Below, in pieces: positions 49,533 through 59,295 of a DNA stretch of 64,000 nucleotides. Under the pieces are notes generated by a model. It searched no databases and was not told the origin of the DNA. It saw nothing but the letters and a program-made list of their open reading frames with translations. The stretch's first letter is position 1. Every line of letters starts with the position of its first letter. A program made the translations under genes and the position numbers. Origin of the DNA: an uncultured archaeon (GTDB taxonomy: Archaea > Asgardarchaeota > Thorarchaeia > Thorarchaeales > Thorarchaeaceae); assembly GCA_964473825.1 (NCBI GenBank), contig CAYYQL010000002.1:1-64000 (forward strand). The letters are read 5' to 3'.

Positions 49533-50780
49533 TTGTCAAGAAATAGCCTTATCTTTCGCTTTCATAGACAGTCCAGATACAGTGCTGCAGCCCTGCTGGG
49601 GGCAATTGAGGTAGACCCACGACTGGATGATTGGGATGTCTATGCCCCTGAAGGAATCTCTGATTTTCTCATCACCGATTGTATTGCAAGGGGAGAAACG
49701 GTCATAGCACACTCAGTAATGAGCACCCAACTCAAACGTATCAGAAGAGAGGTCAAAAATATCAGACAGACCTTTGGCGACCGGGTGACCATTATTGGAG
49801 GGGGCCCTCATGCTAGTGCGAGCCCTCGTAGCCTGCTGGACACTGGATTTGACTACGTTGTAGTTGGAGAGGGAGAAAGGGCTTTTCCGCAGTTACTCTG
49901 GCATCTCGCCACTGACCGCGAGCCAGATTCAATAGCGGGAGTTGTTGGACCTCATTCGAAGACCTATCCTATCCCGAGGGAGTTGGATTATGTCGAGTTG
50001 GACCAGTATCCCCCCTTTGCACTAAACATGAATGTCGTTGGACCTATTGAAGTCACAAGAGGGTGCCCATTTGGATGTAAATTCTGTAGTACACCGTTCC
50101 TGTCTGGCGGGATTGTTCGCCACAGATCAATTGAGGCCGTCAAGCATTGGTTGACTCGGGCGGTAAACGAGAGAGGTTTTTCAAGAGCGTGGCTTCTGTC
50201 GCCAAACGCCTTATGCTATGGGGGCAGAGGACGAAGTGTTGAGAGGAAAGAGCTTGAGCGCCTGCTAAGTGAGTGTACATCTATCAACGGATTGGATGAG
50301 CTGTTTTTTGGGTCTTTTCCGTCCGAGGTGCGACCTGAATTTGTCGATAGACCAGTACTAGAAATGATGCGACAATATGTTGCCAATGAAACACTCCAAG
50401 TAGGTCTGCAATCGGGAAGCGATCGGGTGCTCAAAATATCTAACCGCCATCACACTGTACAGCAAGGAGTAGATGCGGCACGGATTGCCCTCGATTGTGG
50501 GTTTCGTGCTCATGTCGACATCATATTCGGTCTACCAGGTGAGAGAAAGGAGGATTTGGACCTCAGCTTGAAGACCTGTAACGAACTGATTGACATGGGC
50601 GCTATGTTACACGGACACGTCTTCATGCCATTACCCGGCAGTGCATTTGAGAATGAAGAACCCGGGGCGTTGGATGCGGAAACTAGGGCGATACTCGGCG
50701 AACTCTCTAGAAAGGGCTTGATGACCGGTTCATGGTGCAACCAAGAACAGCTGGGTGAAGACCTGTCGATTGGACAATAA
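49533..50780 (+). CDS. B12-binding domain radical SAM protein
   Basis: GGPHAS, VVGEGE, EVTRGCPFGCKFC, GSFPSEVRPE. Confidence 0.88.
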   Translation: MSRNSLIFRFHRQSRYSAAALLGAIEVDPRLDDWDVYAPEGISDFLITDCIARGETVIAHSVMSTQLKRIRREVKNIRQTFGDRVTIIGGGPHASASPRSLLDTGFDYVVVGEGERAFPQLLWHLATDREPDSIAGVVGPHSKTYPIPRELDYVELDQYPPFALNMNVVGPIEVTRGCPFGCKFCSTPFLSGGIVRHRSIEAVKHWLTRAVNERGFSRAWLLSPNALCYGGRGRSVERKELERLLSECTSINGLDELFFGSFPSEVRPEFVDRPVLEMMRQYVANETLQVGLQSGSDRVLKISNRHHTVQQGVDAARIALDCGFRAHVDIIFGLPGERKEDLDLSLKTCNELIDMGAMLHGHVFMPLPGSAFENEEPGALDAETRAILGELSRKGLMTGSWCNQEQLGEDLSIGQ

Positions 50781-50841
50781 TGATTGTGCCAACTGGTAAA
50801 TGCTGATAAACAAGCGTTGGAGAATCTGAACAGGTGGTTCA

Positions 50842-51813
50842 TTGACTCAGGATATGCCCCCAGAACTCAAGGAGAGATTCCAAAGCCAAGGGTATCATCT
50901 GCTTGGCAAGAGGGGGGCATTCAAGGCTTGCCAATGGCAAAGGAAGAGCCTGATTGAAGGAAAGACCTGCTACAAGCAGAGATTCTATGGGATAGAATCG
51001 CATCGTTGCCTTCAGATGACTCCTACGGTGGACAAATGCACCCAGCAGTGCGAATTCTGTTGGAGAATCTTACCAGATGACGTGGGGGTAGAATGGGACC
51101 AGACTGACGTACACCGAGAAGACGTATTGCCTGCGGAGACTCTGTTGGAGGAAACGCTGAAGGCCAACCTCATGTCATTGGGAGGTTATAATCCAGAAGC
51201 AGGTGCTGACGTGTCAGAGAAGAAATATCGGGAGGCTAGGAATCCAAAACATGTGGCTATTTCTTTGGCTGGCGAACCAACACTCTATCCCTTCCTAAGC
51301 GACTTCATTGAGGCTGTAAAGAACAGGGATATGACCACGTTTCTGGTCACGAATGGTACACAGCCCGACACCCTGAGAAGACTCAAACTGCCAACCCAGT
51401 TGTATGTCACCCTAGCTGCACCCAATGAACGAATCTATAAGACATTGTGCAGGCCGTCGATGGTGGATGGCTGGAAGAGAATTCAGGAATCACAGGAAGT
51501 GTTGTCGACCCTATCATGCAGAACAGTGAATCGACTCACCATGGTTGAGAAATGCAACATGACAGACGTGCGTTCATATGCCGACATGATCCTAACAGGA
51601 GAACCCGATTTCGTCGAGGTTAAAGGATACATGTTCATTGGATCATCCCGAAACCGATTGCAGGCAGCCAATTCACCCTCACACAGATCAATCCGGGCGT
51701 TCTCAGATAAGTTAGAAGCAATGACAGGTTACCATGTAGTGGATGAACAGGTAGAGAGCAGAGTCGTTCTCCTGTCGCGCGAGGTCGATTATGATAGAAT
51801 CAGTGGAGTATGA
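50842..51813 (+). CDS. taw1: 4-demethylwyosine synthase TYW1
   Basis: CYKQRFYGIESHRCLQMTP, CTQQCEFCWR, HVAISLAGEP, EVKGYM. Confidence 0.95.
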   Translation: MTQDMPPELKERFQSQGYHLLGKRGAFKACQWQRKSLIEGKTCYKQRFYGIESHRCLQMTPTVDKCTQQCEFCWRILPDDVGVEWDQTDVHREDVLPAETLLEETLKANLMSLGGYNPEAGADVSEKKYREARNPKHVAISLAGEPTLYPFLSDFIEAVKNRDMTTFLVTNGTQPDTLRRLKLPTQLYVTLAAPNERIYKTLCRPSMVDGWKRIQESQEVLSTLSCRTVNRLTMVEKCNMTDVRSYADMILTGEPDFVEVKGYMFIGSSRNRLQAANSPSHRSIRAFSDKLEAMTGYHVVDEQVESRVVLLSREVDYDRISGV

Positions 51814-51819
51814 ACAAAA

Positions 51820-52443
51820 ATGGAGTTAGCAGATCAACTAGCCGCACTCAGAACAGAGATTGAGCATGATGACAGAGTAAGAGAGAGTGTCATACCAATG
51901 GCACGAGAGGCAACTCGGAAATGTAGTGAGGCAGTAAAGGAAATACATCGAGGTAACTATGATGCGGCCGATGGTCTCGTGAAGAAGGCCCATTCGGTTC
52001 TGAAGAGAGCAGAGGACAAGTGCGACGAGAGTGAGTTCATCTCCAAGAACAAGTACCTTGATACAGCTTATCAGGAACTGACCGAGGCGGCTAACCTCCT
52101 TTCTATACTCAAGAGAGGCACGTACACCCCGGGTTCCGAGTATGGAATACTTACAAGGCCGTATCTGACAGGTCTAGGAGATACCATCGGAGAGCTCCGA
52201 AGAGCAACTCTTGATGCATTGAGGCGTGAAGAAGTCAGTCGGGCCGAGGACCTCCTAGGCTTCATGGAAGATATCTTGGAAGAGCTCAGCGGCTTCGATT
52301 TTCCTGACTCCTTGATTCCTAGCCTACGAAGGAAGGTTGATGTTGGGAGACGCATAATTGAAAAGACTCGTGGGGATGTCACCAATGCAGTACTGCAGCA
52401 GAGCCTGATGAAACAGCTCAAAGAGTTCGGAAATAAGATATGA
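51820..52443 (+). CDS. translin-family protein
   Basis: AYQELTEA, YLTGLGDTIGELRR, LRRKVD. Confidence 0.88.
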   Translation: MELADQLAALRTEIEHDDRVRESVIPMAREATRKCSEAVKEIHRGNYDAADGLVKKAHSVLKRAEDKCDESEFISKNKYLDTAYQELTEAANLLSILKRGTYTPGSEYGILTRPYLTGLGDTIGELRRATLDALRREEVSRAEDLLGFMEDILEELSGFDFPDSLIPSLRRKVDVGRRIIEKTRGDVTNAVLQQSLMKQLKEFGNKI

Positions 52444-52463
52444 AGGAGGAGAGATGAGTAGGG

Positions 52464-53144
52464 TTGACAGCACCAGAGATCTGGTTTACACTTTACGAAC
52501 TTGCAAAGCGAGGAGCAGTGCATGGATACTGCGAGATCACAACGAGTGAACTGGGAGATGCACTTGATGTGAGTCAGCAGACTGCCTCAAGGAGAATACG
52601 AGACTCTGTGGAAGGAGGATTTGTTGAGAGAGTTCACACAGCAAGCGGCATGATGCTGAAGCTGACTGAGCAGGGTAAAAGAGAACTGCTGAACGTTCTC
52701 AATGACCTTGAGGTCTCACTAGCTCCACCTAGTGATGAAATCAAGTTTGTGGGAATAGCCGTCAGTGGTATCGGAGAAGGAGCATATTACGTGGAGGCCT
52801 ATTCGGATCGTTTCAAGGAGTCTCTGGGCTTTGAGCCATTCGCGGGGACTCTGAATGTCAAGGTGTCAGATGAACAATCACAGGCAGCAGTCAAGAAGAT
52901 GAAACATAGTCCCCCCATCATTGTACCCGGATTCAGCAAGGAAGATAGAACGTTCGGCGATGTGATCTGTTATCGAGTCAGAATAAACGAGAAGGTGGAG
53001 GGGGCTGTAGTGATTGCACAGAGAACACATCATAGTAAGGACATACTCGAAGTGATTGCGCCATTCAACCTGAGAGAAAAACTCGGCATCAAGGACAATG
53101 ACAGGGTGAGGCTGAGGGTGATTCCGCTCCATCTTGCAACTTGA
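52464..53144 (+). CDS. ribK: CTP-dependent riboflavin kinase with N-terminal HTH
   Basis: SQQTASRR HTH; SGIGEGAYY, PFAGTLN, RTHH, EVIAP. Confidence 0.92.
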   Translation: MTAPEIWFTLYELAKRGAVHGYCEITTSELGDALDVSQQTASRRIRDSVEGGFVERVHTASGMMLKLTEQGKRELLNVLNDLEVSLAPPSDEIKFVGIAVSGIGEGAYYVEAYSDRFKESLGFEPFAGTLNVKVSDEQSQAAVKKMKHSPPIIVPGFSKEDRTFGDVICYRVRINEKVEGAVVIAQRTHHSKDILEVIAPFNLREKLGIKDNDRVRLRVIPLHLAT

Positions 53145-53145
53145 A

Positions 53146-53820
53146 TCACTGACCGTAATCACCAGTCATTGGTACAAAGGCCACACCGCCCCAACGCTTC
53201 TTTGAGATGCTCAAGTCTTCGTTCTTATGCACGACCATGAGGTCTTGGAAGAATCCCCTTGCTCCAACTGGAATCAACATTATTCCACCGGGTACGAGCT
53301 GGTCTACGAGTGGTTGAGGAACATCGGGCGCAGCTGCGGCAACTAAGATGCGATCAAAAGGAGCGTGTTCCGGAAGGCCCTTCCCGCCATCCCCATGTAT
53401 CATAGTGACCCTGTCCGAATATCCGGTCTTCTCGAGGTTCTTCTTTGCAGATTCAACGAGTGCTTTCACGATTTCAATCGTGTATACGTGCCCAGGATTC
53501 TTGCTGCCTGCAGGAGCCACAATCTCGGCACAGAGTGCTGCATGATACCCTGAGCCTCCTCCGACATCTAGGACTGACAGTCCCTCAGATAGTTCAAGAA
53601 ACTCGCACATGATGGCACACATATGAGGAGCAGAAATCGTCTGGCCGTGTGCAATTGACAGAGGTGTGTCTCTATAGGCGTGACGTCTGACCTCTGGAGG
53701 GACGAACTCTTCGCGAGGGACCTGCCTCATGGCCCGTTCCACTTTCTCACTCTTTATGTATCCGGAGGCCTTAAGGCGTTGAATCAGTCGTTCGTGTTCC
53801 CTATTGATAGAGTCATTCAT
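53146..53820 (-). CDS. pcm: protein-L-isoaspartate O-methyltransferase
   Basis: VPREEFVP, GQTISAPHM, GGSGYHAA, APFDRI, VAFVP. Confidence 0.95.
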   Translation of the reverse strand: MNDSINREHERLIQRLKASGYIKSEKVERAMRQVPREEFVPPEVRRHAYRDTPLSIAHGQTISAPHMCAIMCEFLELSEGLSVLDVGGGSGYHAALCAEIVAPAGSKNPGHVYTIEIVKALVESAKKNLEKTGYSDRVTMIHGDGGKGLPEHAPFDRILVAAAAPDVPQPLVDQLVPGGIMLIPVGARGFFQDLMVVHKNEDLSISKKRWGGVAFVPMTGDYGQ

Positions 53821-53880
53821 ATCAATTCTGTATGAATTAAGATGTGCATTGATAAAAGACTTGGCGGTCAGGAATCCCAG

Positions 53881-54312
53881 ATGAAATACGAAGAAGTATT
53901 TGAAGCAAGTGGGCACAGGAATGTTGCAGGAACCCATAGGACTACTCTTGAAATCACCAAGGAGTCCCATCTCACACACAGCGGTACCTGCATAGTAGCT
54001 ACAGATTCAACCCTTGCTCTTGGAGACCTAGATGAATATATTCGGAGCCTCGCCCAGAAGAGTACAACGCGGATAGTCCTCAGAATGTCTGTCAATGATC
54101 TGACGGAAACGATTATCGGGTGGGGCAGTCCGGGGCTGACGTATAGGAGCAATACATGCATGGTGGCTCGGACCAGTGAATTCGAATGCGACAGAACTCT
54201 GATGATCAATGCTGACAGGGCAGCAGGAGACCTGAACCGCAGTTTCGTCAGAATGTTGAGAGATTCGGATGTACTGGTACACTGTGAGCTGACCTTCATC
54301 AGTGAACAATGA
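53881..54312 (+). CDS. DUF371-family protein
   Basis: GHRNV..THRTTLEITKE.HLT..GTCI, RTL.I.ADRAA. Confidence 0.85.
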   Translation: MKYEEVFEASGHRNVAGTHRTTLEITKESHLTHSGTCIVATDSTLALGDLDEYIRSLAQKSTTRIVLRMSVNDLTETIIGWGSPGLTYRSNTCMVARTSEFECDRTLMINADRAAGDLNRSFVRMLRDSDVLVHCELTFISEQ

Positions 54313-55354
54313 CATCTGCAACCATCTGGTATTCATATGGAGCGCTATCCCGTACTCGTCGCACCTTTTTGATTAGATCTACCCGTCGACCTGCCTCTTC
54401 TACCAGGCGTTGAATCTTTGCCTTGAGCAAGGATTCCGCATTTTCTCCACCTAAGAAATCATAGTAATGAAGTATTCCGCCCTCTCGTATCGCAGTACAG
54501 GCATCTGTAACAAACGCTGCAGCTCCGGAGGGGTGATTCATGATGACTCTGTCGACATTGTGGTCGAAATTACGGGACACATATTCGGACGCATCCGCCA
54601 CCACAGGGATAATCTGCCCCTCTAGTGGATTCATGGTGATGCTCTCCTCTAAGAGTGCAATGGCATCCGGATTAATGTCAATCGCATACACTGTACACTC
54701 GGAGCGGCCAGCAATATGGATGGCAAAGGGACCAACCCCGGTGAACATGTCTATTACTGTTTCTTCGCTGTCCACTTGTTGTGCGACCCGATAGTGTTCT
54801 TGAAGGAGTCGTGGACTGAAGTAGGCTTTTGCGAGATTCACAGCGATACGGAAACCATACTCAGTGTGGATTGTATAAGTCTTCTTCTCTCCATAGAGAT
54901 GCTCATACTCGCGTACTCGACGAGTACCGCCGATAGCACTGCTCTTTGCCAATACTGTAGAAAAGTTGGGATGTGTCTTATGGAATGCCTCACCTATGAC
55001 ATCGGCATGGTGTTGAATCTCATCAGGAATCTCCAACACTGCAATATCTCCAATCAAATCATAGGCACGAGGGAGATGCTTCAACTCCATGGGGCTCATC
55101 TTGTCTTCTAAGGCCTCCTCTAGTGAGCGTGGGCCTTCTACTGTAGAGTCAAAAACCCTCTCTCCGAAATCTACCTCCTCTGAGGAGAAGTGGAACCTTA
55201 TCGCCTCTTCATAACGCGTCAAGGGGATATAGAGGAATCCGCCTTCTGAGATGATACGGTGTTCTTTGTCGAATACTCCCATGTCTACGAGCATCTGCCG
55301 TATCCGCTCACCAGACTCTACCGGCACTCTCACAAAGGGGCTTTTATCTGTCAC
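54299..55354 (-). CDS. Trm5/Met-10-family tRNA methyltransferase
   Basis: YDLIGDIA, YFSPRL, DMFTGVGPF, IDINP, RVIMN. Confidence 0.9.
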   Translation of the reverse strand: MTDKSPFVRVPVESGERIRQMLVDMGVFDKEHRIISEGGFLYIPLTRYEEAIRFHFSSEEVDFGERVFDSTVEGPRSLEEALEDKMSPMELKHLPRAYDLIGDIAVLEIPDEIQHHADVIGEAFHKTHPNFSTVLAKSSAIGGTRRVREYEHLYGEKKTYTIHTEYGFRIAVNLAKAYFSPRLLQEHYRVAQQVDSEETVIDMFTGVGPFAIHIAGRSECTVYAIDINPDAIALLEESITMNPLEGQIIPVVADASEYVSRNFDHNVDRVIMNHPSGAAAFVTDACTAIREGGILHYYDFLGGENAESLLKAKIQRLVEEAGRRVDLIKKVRRVRDSAPYEYQMVADVIVH

Positions 55355-55396
55355 ACTAGCAGAGAATCATCCCATACCTAAGACCCTTGCGCTATA

Positions 55397-56464
55397 TCAG
55401 AGGATTTTGATGTATTCTCTGCCTGCTCCAGCCTTGGTGCCCACCATGAGTTGATGGAAGGCTGTCTTGCCGGATGGTTTCATAACTCTCTGAACAGTAC
55501 CTGCAACTTCAAGTTGGTCCCCTACTTGTGCCAGTCCTCTAAAGACCCCCTCATAGATCATGAGTCTGCTTGTCTTCTGTCCGTTGATGCACTGCAATTC
55601 GTCGGATTCACCGATGTAGAGTGAAGGAAGAAAAAGGCCATACGTTGCATCACGGACATCAAATGTGGTCTTCACAGGTTTGGAGGATACGTCCTGATAC
55701 CTCTCAGTGAGGTATGGGATTGGAGTTTCATGACTCAGCAGTACAGGAGTGACGCCGATAAACTGATTGTCAAGATGCAGAGCTCGTCGCCTCTCAAAGA
55801 GTGCATGGAGGTCCCCGATATCCAGTCTCGGAACCCGTGATAGAACTCTCGACTTCGCAGCAAGCCACTCTGTATTCTTCCTAAGAGAGACTCTCCTATC
55901 TTCGTCAGGTAGTTGTTCGTAGGATTTCTGCAATCGCCAAGAGTTCTCCAGACCATAGACACACATGTTGATGTCCGAGTGTTTGGGGTTATGGGCATGC
56001 CACGCAATGCTACCGGCCACCCCTAAGAATTGCGGTTTGATTCCAGCCGTATCGGATAGTATTTCTGCAAGTGCCAGCGCTCTCTCTTCAAGCGGATCTT
56101 TGGGACCAAGTTCAAGTATCTGTCTGAGGCGAACCTCAGGTTCGAAGTGCTTCGTTATGTATTGAACGGGTATACTTGGAAGCAGTGTGCCAAAATGGGG
56201 GTCATTGAAAAGGAACGCAGCACTCATCTGGTCCATCCCATCGGCTACTGATTGGACACCGCCCCAGAAGACACGGCGGAATCGCCTGTGACCTCTCGAC
56301 CATCGACCATCTTTGTCTGGCACGTATTTCAGGAAGGCAATGACACGGCCTTCAGGCTGAATATGGCCGAGAACAACCCAGATACGCCCCTCATTGTCAC
56401 AGGTTATATCTCGGTCAAGGAAGCCTCTCCGTGATACTTCAGCAGTTGTCATAAGATGTTCCAC
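55397..56464 (-). CDS. predicted archaeal nucleotidyltransferase
   Basis: AFLKYVP, GVAGS...SDIN..VYG. Confidence 0.7.
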   Translation of the reverse strand: MEHLMTTAEVSRRGFLDRDITCDNEGRIWVVLGHIQPEGRVIAFLKYVPDKDGRWSRGHRRFRRVFWGGVQSVADGMDQMSAAFLFNDPHFGTLLPSIPVQYITKHFEPEVRLRQILELGPKDPLEERALALAEILSDTAGIKPQFLGVAGSIAWHAHNPKHSDINMCVYGLENSWRLQKSYEQLPDEDRRVSLRKNTEWLAAKSRVLSRVPRLDIGDLHALFERRRALHLDNQFIGVTPVLLSHETPIPYLTERYQDVSSKPVKTTFDVRDATYGLFLPSLYIGESDELQCINGQKTSRLMIYEGVFRGLAQVGDQLEVAGTVQRVMKPSGKTAFHQLMVGTKAGAGREYIKIL

Positions 56465-56543
56465 CTCGATTTCGTCAAGACTCCCAGAAGATAGATAGGT
56501 GTCACTTAGTTAGATGATGACAGCACCCCTTGGAAGCCATATA

Positions 56544-57291
56544 ATGAGAATCCTTCATCTCTGTGATAGCCTTAATCCTGCCGGTCTGGGAGGATAGGAG
56601 TCCTACCTTCACTACCTCTCTGGGGTCTTGAGCCGAGCAGCACACGAGGGTATTATCTCGAGCCAGAAACCAAGACGAAACAGCCCCGGCTGGATCGAGT
56701 CGGAACACTATCGGAGTGGGCATCTTGAAGGGAATCTACTGGAGGCGAGGAAATGGGAGTATCCGGCCCTGCCTCAGGAGAAGCGGGGAAGTGTGGCGGA
56801 AAAGCTCTTCTCTCCTGATGACCTCGAGAAGAATGTCGAGTTACTTGTAACGGAATTCCAAAGTCTAATTGAGGATTTCCAACCAGATGTGGTTCAAGCC
56901 CACAGCACCTACGTTGGCTTCAACCGCATCCTTGAGCAATGTTGCTCTGAACCAAGTATCGAACAGCTGCCCCTGATTGCCACTATTCACGGGTTACCGA
57001 AACCGCTGGTTTTTTCCGAATGGCATTGAAACATCTGACTATGAACAACTCGCCACCCACTGCCCGTTTGATATTCTCATTGACCCTGATAAACTTGACA
57101 TCCTCGTGGATTCCATCTTGGCCCTGCTCAATAGCTCCGAGAGAAGGAATTTACTGGGAACTGGTGCACGCAGGACGGTTCAACATAGATTCAATATCCA
57201 AGATCATGCGAAACGGCTAGTTAACTACTACGGGAACATGATATCTGGAAAAAACGTGAGGGGGCTTCATTGCCCCCGCGGTTTGTGTTGA
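56544..57291 (+). pseudogene. degraded GT4 glycosyltransferase
   Basis: MRILHLCDSLNPAGLGG*ESY (TAG at 56595), PDVVQAHS, ATIHG, a frameshift near the T-run at ~57010, then a jump to a GT4-like C-terminal helix. Confidence 0.7.
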
Positions 57292-57306
57292 AACGAGTCT
57301 AGTGTC

Positions 57307-57996
57307 TTATTCGAAGACTTTTGCAGCCCGCTCAAGGAACTTCCTCGCGGCGGAGGCTTCTTCCTTTGGGACTTCCTTGTGGCACAGCCACCAGTCCAAA
57401 CACTCGTACTCTTTGGTGCGCTTCTCTGCTTCTTCTATGGATTTTGGAGGCGGCACGATTACGTGCTCCCCAACGATCTCGTTGTTTGGCCAGTTAGCAG
57501 GCATAGCAGCCTTGTATTCGCCACCTACTTGGAAGGCTTTGATCATTCGTAGGAACTCATCTATGTTACGACCCAGCTCCAAGGGGTAGAACAGGATTGC
57601 ACGGATAGTCTGGTTGGGGTCCACAATGTAGACAGCCCTTACAGTCGCGGTCGAGGACTGTGCATGGAGCAGACCAAGCGTCTGTGAAACGTTCCCCATT
57701 GGGTCTCCAATCACAGGGTAGTCGATCTTTTCGCCGACGTTATCCTCAATCCACTCAACCCATTTCATGTGGCTTATCGTACTGTCAACACTTAGTCCAA
57801 TAAGCTCAGTATTTAGTTTCCTGAAATCCTCATGCCTCTTCGCAAAAGCTATGAATTCCGTGGTGCACACTGGAGTGAAATCGCCAGGGTGACTGAACAA
57901 TACAAACCACTTGTCTTTGTAGTGATCCGGCAGTTTCAACGGGCCAAATGTAGTATCTACTTCCATCTCAGGGAATTTCTCACCGATTGTTAGCAT
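57307..57996 (-). CDS. peroxiredoxin (archaeal Prx6/TDXH type)
   Basis: [33 protein letters not shown]. Confidence 0.95.
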   Translation of the reverse strand: MLTIGEKFPEMEVDTTFGPLKLPDHYKDKWFVLFSHPGDFTPVCTTEFIAFAKRHEDFRKLNTELIGLSVDSTISHMKWVEWIEDNVGEKIDYPVIGDPMGNVSQTLGLLHAQSSTATVRAVYIVDPNQTIRAILFYPLELGRNIDEFLRMIKAFQVGGEYKAAMPANWPNNEIVGEHVIVPPPKSIEEAEKRTKEYECLDWWLCHKEVPKEEASAARKFLERAAKVFE

Positions 57997-58121
57997 TCTT
58001 CTTTTCTCCTCAAACTGTTGTTTGCGTCAGATAGTATTCAAATCAGTCCCACAAGAAACGGTCGCCTCAATCATTTGATGTCGGGTCTTACCGCGAACTG
58101 TAGGACATGCTGGTCTAAACC

Positions 58122-58134
58122 AATAATCATTATT
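58122..58134. promoter_or_regulatory. Fur/Per-box-like palindrome
   Basis: AATAAT-C-ATTATT between the divergent prx and fur-family genes. Confidence 0.5.
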
Positions 58135-58200
58135 ACTTAAACTTTACTATCGATAAGTAACAAGTTGTAACAAAGAATGTTTTTATATGTAAGATTCAAC

Positions 58201-58635
58201 ATGGAAATCATAATGAAGGCCAAGAAGTCCAGACAAGCGATTGCCAAGGTGATCCGTGTACACGGATACAGAGCCACGCCTCAGAGGCTCGCAATCTATG
58301 ATGCACTGCACGAGTCCGGCTCTCATCCTACTGCACAGGAGATACACAAGACCGTCTTAGAGAGAGATCCGTCCGTCAGTCTGGCCACCGTCTACAAGAC
58401 ATTGCAGCTGTTTGTAGAGCTAGGTCTGGCTGGAGAGATGGGTTTCAGAGACCAGACCCACTATGACCCTGAAACGGGATATCACATCCACCTAGTCTGT
58501 ACCAACTGTGGGAGAATCGACGATTTTCATGTTGACGAGTTAGAGAGCTTCATGTCCCAGATAGAAGATCGGACTGAGTTCAAGATTTCAGGGCAGCGGT
58601 TCGATATGTACGGCCTCTGCTCAGATTGTAAGTGA
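58201..58635 (+). CDS. Fur/PerR-family transcriptional regulator
   Basis: TPQRLAI, HPTA, SLATVYKTL, H.HLVCTNCG, GLCSDC. Confidence 0.93.
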   Translation: MEIIMKAKKSRQAIAKVIRVHGYRATPQRLAIYDALHESGSHPTAQEIHKTVLERDPSVSLATVYKTLQLFVELGLAGEMGFRDQTHYDPETGYHIHLVCTNCGRIDDFHVDELESFMSQIEDRTEFKISGQRFDMYGLCSDCK

Positions 58636-58668
58636 GAGAAGAGGGATGTCAGTCCCCCCATCTCCTGC

Positions 58669-59283
58669 CTAGTGTACTATACTTGACACAACCGCTGGGG
58701 CTGCGATGCTCCAGATTCTTGCCAGGACAGGTGTCAGGAATACGACTGTTGGAAGGCCAGCTGTCAGAACAGGGAGTAAGACAAACCCGATGGCAACCAA
58801 TGTAGCATACCCTTCAATCACGATGCCAATGATGACCAAGAGAAGCGCTGTCATGATAAGACCAAATGCCGAGAGGAGGGACATCTTGACTAGGGAGCGT
58901 CCGCTTGAGAGTTCATAGGATGCCATTCCCACTACAAGACCTAGGACACCATATGCCAGTGCGGGAAGTGTGAAGGTCACAACAACGTTGTAAACTAGGA
59001 GCCCATAGATCACCTCGCCCAAGTATCCTGCCAGAAGACCTGCGATGGGTCCTCTGATAGCGCCTGCAAAGGCGATGAGCGCCAGAGCAGGAACTAGTCC
59101 CAGAGTGAAGAGACCCTCCATGACGAAGGGCATCGGAATTATTGAAATGAGGGCATAGATGACCGCCACAACCACGGCGAAGAGGATTGTTTCTGCTGCC
59201 ATTCGTGCATCCTTCATTCGGAGGAACTCGAATACGGTGGATACTGTCACGGGGGTTTCGGTTTCTTGGTTTTCTTTACTCAT
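58669..59283 (-). CDS. ECF transporter S-component-like membrane protein
   Basis: 5-6 TM segments; GAIRGPIAGLLAGYLG motif. Confidence 0.7.
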   Translation of the reverse strand: MSKENQETETPVTVSTVFEFLRMKDARMAAETILFAVVVAVIYALISIIPMPFVMEGLFTLGLVPALALIAFAGAIRGPIAGLLAGYLGEVIYGLLVYNVVVTFTLPALAYGVLGLVVGMASYELSSGRSLVKMSLLSAFGLIMTALLLVIIGIVIEGYATLVAIGFVLLPVLTAGLPTVVFLTPVLARIWSIAAPAVVSSIVH

Positions 59284-59295
59284 TCTCGGATCACC

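Noticed and set aside
56595-56597. In-frame TAG as pyrrolysine recoding
   Set aside because: The same gene has a frameshift and a deletion, no pyl genes are in the window, and TAG is used as a normal stop throughout.
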